Below are positions 41,033 to 43,910 of a stretch of 43,910 nt of DNA, one piece after another. The DNA comes from a virus. Both the position numbers and the translations under genes were made by a program. The stretch covers positions 1-43,910 of the IMG/VR virus record IMGVR_UViG_2513237162_000001, one strand, 5' to 3'. The notes under the pieces were generated by a model that was given only the letters and a program-made list of their open reading frames with translations, was not told where the DNA came from and did not search any database. Numbering within the stretch: position 1 is the first letter of the stretch; each line of letters opens with the position of its first letter.

Positions 41033-41214
41033 GCGACACTCTCCGCAAGCACATGATCCGGTATCCCGCCGCGCGCCCGAGCACAATCCAATATCTCGTC
41101 AAGCGCGACGAGACGACCAGCAAGATCATGCGGGAAATCCTCGACGAGCAGCTTAGGCGCACTCCTCGGCCGTGGTGGAAGCGGCTGCGCAATGTTCTTA
41201 GGAAGGTGCGCTGA
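41029..41214 (+). CDS. Hypothetical protein
   Basis: From the ORF track. Confidence 0.5.
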   Translation: MSDTLRKHMIRYPAARPSTIQYLVKRDETTSKIMREILDEQLRRTPRPWWKRLRNVLRKVR

Positions 41215-41216
41215 CA

Positions 41217-41621
41217 ATGACGGATGTCGGCACCACCAAACGAAGGTCTATGACACCCACCAGGCGGCTACGGCTATTCGAAGCCCATAAGGGAATTTGC
41301 TGCCTTTGCCATGAGGCGATCGATGGCGTCCGGGAAAAGTGGACGATCGAGCATCTTCGCGCTCTCGGGCTCGGTGGCGAAGACGTTGATGACAACTGCG
41401 CCCCGGCCCACGAAGATTGCCGGCGCATCAAAGACAAGGACGACGTCGAGCGCATAGCGAAGGCCAAGCGCGTCAAGCAGCGCCACATAGGCGTCCAGGC
41501 CGCTCCCAAGCAGAAGATCAAGTCCGCCGGCTTCCCGGTATCGCAGAAATCCGCAGCACGACAGACGAAGATCCCGCTGGCGCCGAGGGCGCTGTTCAAA
41601 CCGATCGAGGAGACGAGATGA
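41217..41621 (+). CDS. HNH endonuclease
   Basis: It has the motif CCLCHEAIDG...WTIEHLRALGLGGEDVDDNCAPAHEDCRRIK. Confidence 0.7.
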   Translation: MTDVGTTKRRSMTPTRRLRLFEAHKGICCLCHEAIDGVREKWTIEHLRALGLGGEDVDDNCAPAHEDCRRIKDKDDVERIAKAKRVKQRHIGVQAAPKQKIKSAGFPVSQKSAARQTKIPLAPRALFKPIEETR

Positions 41622-41908
41622 GCACCATCACGATCAGCGAAGATGAGTTTCTGCGGCTGAAGGAAAAGGCGGGTGAGACGGTCAAGCAAGGTGATCCAGC
41701 CCATTGCCGCGAACACGGCCACACATGGAAATTCTTCGGCGGCACCAACGCCGGATGCGCGCGCGATTGCGGCTGCTCGATCGACGTCCATGTGTGCATC
41801 GTCTGTGGCGATTGCGACTATGGCGAAACCGAAGAGGCCGATGAGATCCGCGCAAAATGCGAGGAAGAACACGGCCCTTGGCCTTCTGACGAGGAGATCG
41901 CAGCATGA
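41618..41908 (+). CDS. Hypothetical Cys-rich protein
   Basis: ATG 41618 overlaps the previous stop (ATGA). It has multiple Cys/His (HCREHGH...CARDCGC...CIVCGDC). Confidence 0.55.
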   Translation: MSTITISEDEFLRLKEKAGETVKQGDPAHCREHGHTWKFFGGTNAGCARDCGCSIDVHVCIVCGDCDYGETEEADEIRAKCEEEHGPWPSDEEIAA

Positions 41909-42384
41909 CCCCAGAAGAACTCGCTTTCGAAGCCGCCTGGAAAATCTGCTCAGCATGGGACGGCAAGATAACGAAGCCGGTGCTGCGGAAGGTGATCGAG
42001 GCTGCCATCAAGGAGATCGAGACAGGAGAGGTGGAGCGATTGAGGGCGGCGCTGGAACAGATCGTCAGCACAAATCAAGTTCGCGAGTTCATGGGCGACG
42101 ACAAAAGCGACGGATACGGCAACGAAGGCTGGGTTGTCCGCGATGGACAATCTGCTCGCATTGCCCGCGCCGCCCTCTCCCAACATCGCAAGGGGAGCGA
42201 AGCCGATGCCCACATCGAAGTCCAGGACGACCTCAGGATAGCGGAGACCCGAGCCGCTGCGCTTGAGGAGGCTGCGAAGATCTGCGATGGCGCACGCGAC
42301 AATCTCGTCGTCGGTGAACTGCCGCATGGCGTTGCCGTTGCCCTTGCCGCCGCCATCCGCGCGCTTATCCCGAGGGAGGGGTAG
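41905..42384 (+). CDS. Hypothetical protein
   Basis: From the ORF track. Confidence 0.6.
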   Translation: MTPEELAFEAAWKICSAWDGKITKPVLRKVIEAAIKEIETGEVERLRAALEQIVSTNQVREFMGDDKSDGYGNEGWVVRDGQSARIARAALSQHRKGSEADAHIEVQDDLRIAETRAAALEEAAKICDGARDNLVVGELPHGVAVALAAAIRALIPREG

Positions 42385-42385
42385 G

Positions 42386-42592
42386 ATGGGCAACGCATCA
42401 ATAATTCGCCGCCTGACCTTGTGCGCCCTCGGCATGTGCCCATGCGCCCCGGAGGACGATGAAACTGGCTGCTGGGGCGAATGCATCCATTGCGGCCGCC
42501 GGTTTGGCTTTGTCGATCGCGCTACGCTCAGAGCCTATGCCGATCGGGAATACGAGCGGGCCTGTGGACAACCGGTGGATAAACCACGATGA
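42386..42592 (+). CDS. Hypothetical Cys-rich protein
   Basis: ATG 42386 is preceded by GGAGGGG. Confidence 0.55.
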   Translation: MGNASIIRRLTLCALGMCPCAPEDDETGCWGECIHCGRRFGFVDRATLRAYADREYERACGQPVDKPR

Positions 42593-42963
42593 CGATTCTC
42601 GATGAAGCAATCTCGCCAGCCGTCGCCGTTGCCAAGCTTCAGGCGGCCGGCATACAAATCTCGGAACGAACCTTGCGGGAGCGAGCGCGGGCGCTGGGCG
42701 CCTGCCGGGTGCTAGGCAAGGCGATGTTCCTTCTGCCGTCCGATATCGACATCATCATAAATGCCGCCAGACTGGAGCCGAGACAATGCCCAACCTCTAC
42801 AAAAGGGACGGAAGCGACGTCTGGCAGTATGACTTCACTGTGGACGGAGAACGATACAGATGCTCTTCTAAGACGCGTGACAAGCGGCTCGCGGAAGACA
42901 TCGCGATCAAACACGAAGACCGGGTCCGTCGTGCTGCTGTCCACGGCGAAGAAGCGGTCCTAA
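42589..42963 (+). CDS. Excisionase-like HTH protein (tentative)
   Basis: The call rests on its position immediately upstream of int and on the HTH-like ISERTLRERARALGA...MFLLPSDIDIII. The ORF runs 178 nt into the int gene in another frame. Confidence 0.4.
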   Translation: MTILDEAISPAVAVAKLQAAGIQISERTLRERARALGACRVLGKAMFLLPSDIDIIINAARLEPRQCPTSTKGTEATSGSMTSLWTENDTDALLRRVTSGSRKTSRSNTKTGSVVLLSTAKKRS

Positions 42964-43751
42964 CCTTTCCCGAAGCCGTCGCGGAATATCTTAACGACGG
43001 CAAGGACGGCAGGTTCCTCGCGGAACTCATCAAATATTTCCGCAAATGGAAAATGAAGGACATCACCGGCCCCGAGATCCGCAAGGCCGCCAAGATCATA
43101 TACCCAGATGCTTCAGCCGCAACATGGAACCGCCAGGTTATCACGCCGACGCGTGCCGTGATCAACCATGTTGCCGAGGCAAAGCGGTGGCCGAAGATAT
43201 CGGTCAAGCGGTTCAAGGAAGAGCGGAAATCGCGACCGGCCGGCGACAAGGTGTGGCTGGAGACATTCTGCAAGACCGCGAAGAAGCTGGATATGCCAGA
43301 GACAGCCGCTATTGCCCGCTTCATGTTCGAGACCGCCACGCGTGTTTCCGAGGCTTGCCGCATGACATGGGATGACGTCAGCCTTCAGGAGCGTGTGGCC
43401 TATCTGGAGAAGACCAAGACCGTCCCGCGCAAAGTGTTTCTTACCCGCGCCATGGTCGTCGACCTCGCCAATATCCGCAGCCTGTATCCCGTCCTCGTCT
43501 TCGGAGCCGCCAACCGATCGACGGTCAAGAAGCGCTTCGACAAGGTCATTACCGCCGCCGGTATGAAGCGGCTGACCAGCCACGAAATCGGTAGGCATGG
43601 TTTCGCTACGGAGATGATCGTCCGCAATGGCGTAGACGTCGCTACGACTGCGGATCACGGCGGGTGGAAGTCACGCCGGCTGCTGATGGAAAGCTATGTG
43701 GAGGGGGATGCGGATCGGGAAGTTATCGACCGCGTTTTTGGCAAGAAGTGA
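42786..43751 (+). CDS. int: Tyrosine recombinase (phage integrase)
   Basis: The catalytic pattern is ATRVSE (Arg), HEIGRHGFAT (His-x-x-Arg), GGW and ESY (Tyr). It is adjacent to attR. Confidence 0.85.
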   Translation: MPNLYKRDGSDVWQYDFTVDGERYRCSSKTRDKRLAEDIAIKHEDRVRRAAVHGEEAVLTFPEAVAEYLNDGKDGRFLAELIKYFRKWKMKDITGPEIRKAAKIIYPDASAATWNRQVITPTRAVINHVAEAKRWPKISVKRFKEERKSRPAGDKVWLETFCKTAKKLDMPETAAIARFMFETATRVSEACRMTWDDVSLQERVAYLEKTKTVPRKVFLTRAMVVDLANIRSLYPVLVFGAANRSTVKKRFDKVITAAGMKRLTSHEIGRHGFATEMIVRNGVDVATTADHGGWKSRRLLMESYVEGDADREVIDRVFGKK

Positions 43752-43854
43752 GACCGTTTGACACGCTGGAGTCACAGTCTGGTGCCGAAAAGATTTACAT
43801 TGACAGGAAAAACGAGTATTATCAAATGGTTGAGGTGGTGGCCAGAGGAAATAA

Positions 43855-43901
43855 ATACTCCCTTAGCAGGGGAGCGCCTTCGACCACTCGGCCACCTCTC
43901 C
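43855..43901 (-). pseudogene. Truncated tRNA-Ser(GCU) 5' fragment
   Basis: It has the same 47 nt as the left copy. On the minus strand the sequence after GGGAGTAT continues TTATTTCCTCTGGCCACCACCTCAACC. That has no TTCGA T-loop and no CCTCTCC acceptor 3' strand, so this copy cannot be a complete tRNA. Confidence 0.65.
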
Positions 43902-43910
43902 GGTGCGGCC
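43855..43910. repeat. attR: right copy of the 56-nt direct repeat
   Basis: Identical to 1..56 and located 104 nt downstream of the integrase stop. Confidence 0.85.

Larger units (their letters stand above)
1..43910. mobile_element. Integrated temperate phage (prophage), podovirus-like virion module with lambdoid regulatory layout
   Basis: Exact 56-nt direct repeats at both window ends derive from a tRNA gene. A tyrosine integrase and an Xis-like gene lie next to the right repeat. A divergent repressor/cro pair has repeated operators. Packaging, head, tail and lysis modules are complete. No tape measure, sheath or major tail tube gene was recognised. Three large internal-virion-type genes are present. 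Confidence 0.85.

Noticed and set aside
35452-41956. Minus-strand ORFs of 271 aa (35452..36267), 214 aa (38276..38920), 213 aa (39525..40166) and 252 aa (41198..41956).
   Set aside because: They are antisense to the tightly packed + strand early operon. Their composition is Arg/Ser/Ala-rich, and each spans several opposite-strand genes.
1-43910. A search for CRISPR arrays, rRNA genes, IS elements or transposase genes.
   Set aside because: No regularly spaced direct repeats were seen. There is no rRNA-like sequence, no transposase-like ORF, and no terminal inverted repeats other than the short hairpins listed.

Overview
The window is one complete integrated temperate phage, about 43.8 kb. It is bounded by exact 56-nt direct repeats at 1..56 and 43855..43910. 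These repeats are the first 47 nt of a tRNA-Ser(GCU) gene plus 9 upstream nt. The backbone is high-GC (about 60-65% from hand counts of a few lines). Promoters look like CTTGAC-N17-TATAGT. Both point to an alphaproteobacterial, Rhizobiales-like host, but that is inference only.

The layout is lambdoid:
- Three small + strand cargo genes lie next to attL.
- A long minus-strand transcription unit starts at a cro-like gene (32353). It runs through small genes, two AP2-HNH nucleases, RusA, a DnaA-domain-IV-like protein and a LuxR-type HTH to a strong terminator (26411..26444).
- It then continues through packaging genes (endonuclease VII, TerS, TerL, portal), head genes (scaffold, SU10-type capsid) and podovirus-like tail and internal-virion genes.
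- It ends with a tail fibre and a lysis cassette (pinholin, SAR endolysin, overlapped spanins) sandwiched between two carbohydrate esterases.
- A + strand XRE repressor (32442..32747) faces the cro-like gene across a three-operator switch.
- A + strand early operon (34294..42963) carries an SSAP-like gene, a NinB-like gene, an HNH gene and an Xis-like gene, and ends in a tyrosine integrase next to attR.

The parts most worth a second look:
- A low-GC island in the rex-equivalent slot, holding an HNH nuclease and about 0.5 kb of ORF-free, hairpin-dense DNA with its own promoter-like and terminator signals.
- An orphan BrnA-type antitoxin gene beside unannotated small lipoprotein ORFs.
- A tRNA-like element in front of the pre-late terminator.
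- A duplicated 50-nt leader element.
- An endonuclease VII insertion flanked by a synonymously diverged duplicate of a gene end.
- A probable ATC start codon.
- The unusual 5'-half polarity of the tRNA att duplication.

All protein family calls come from motif recognition by eye. No database search, fold prediction or RNA covariance model was run.
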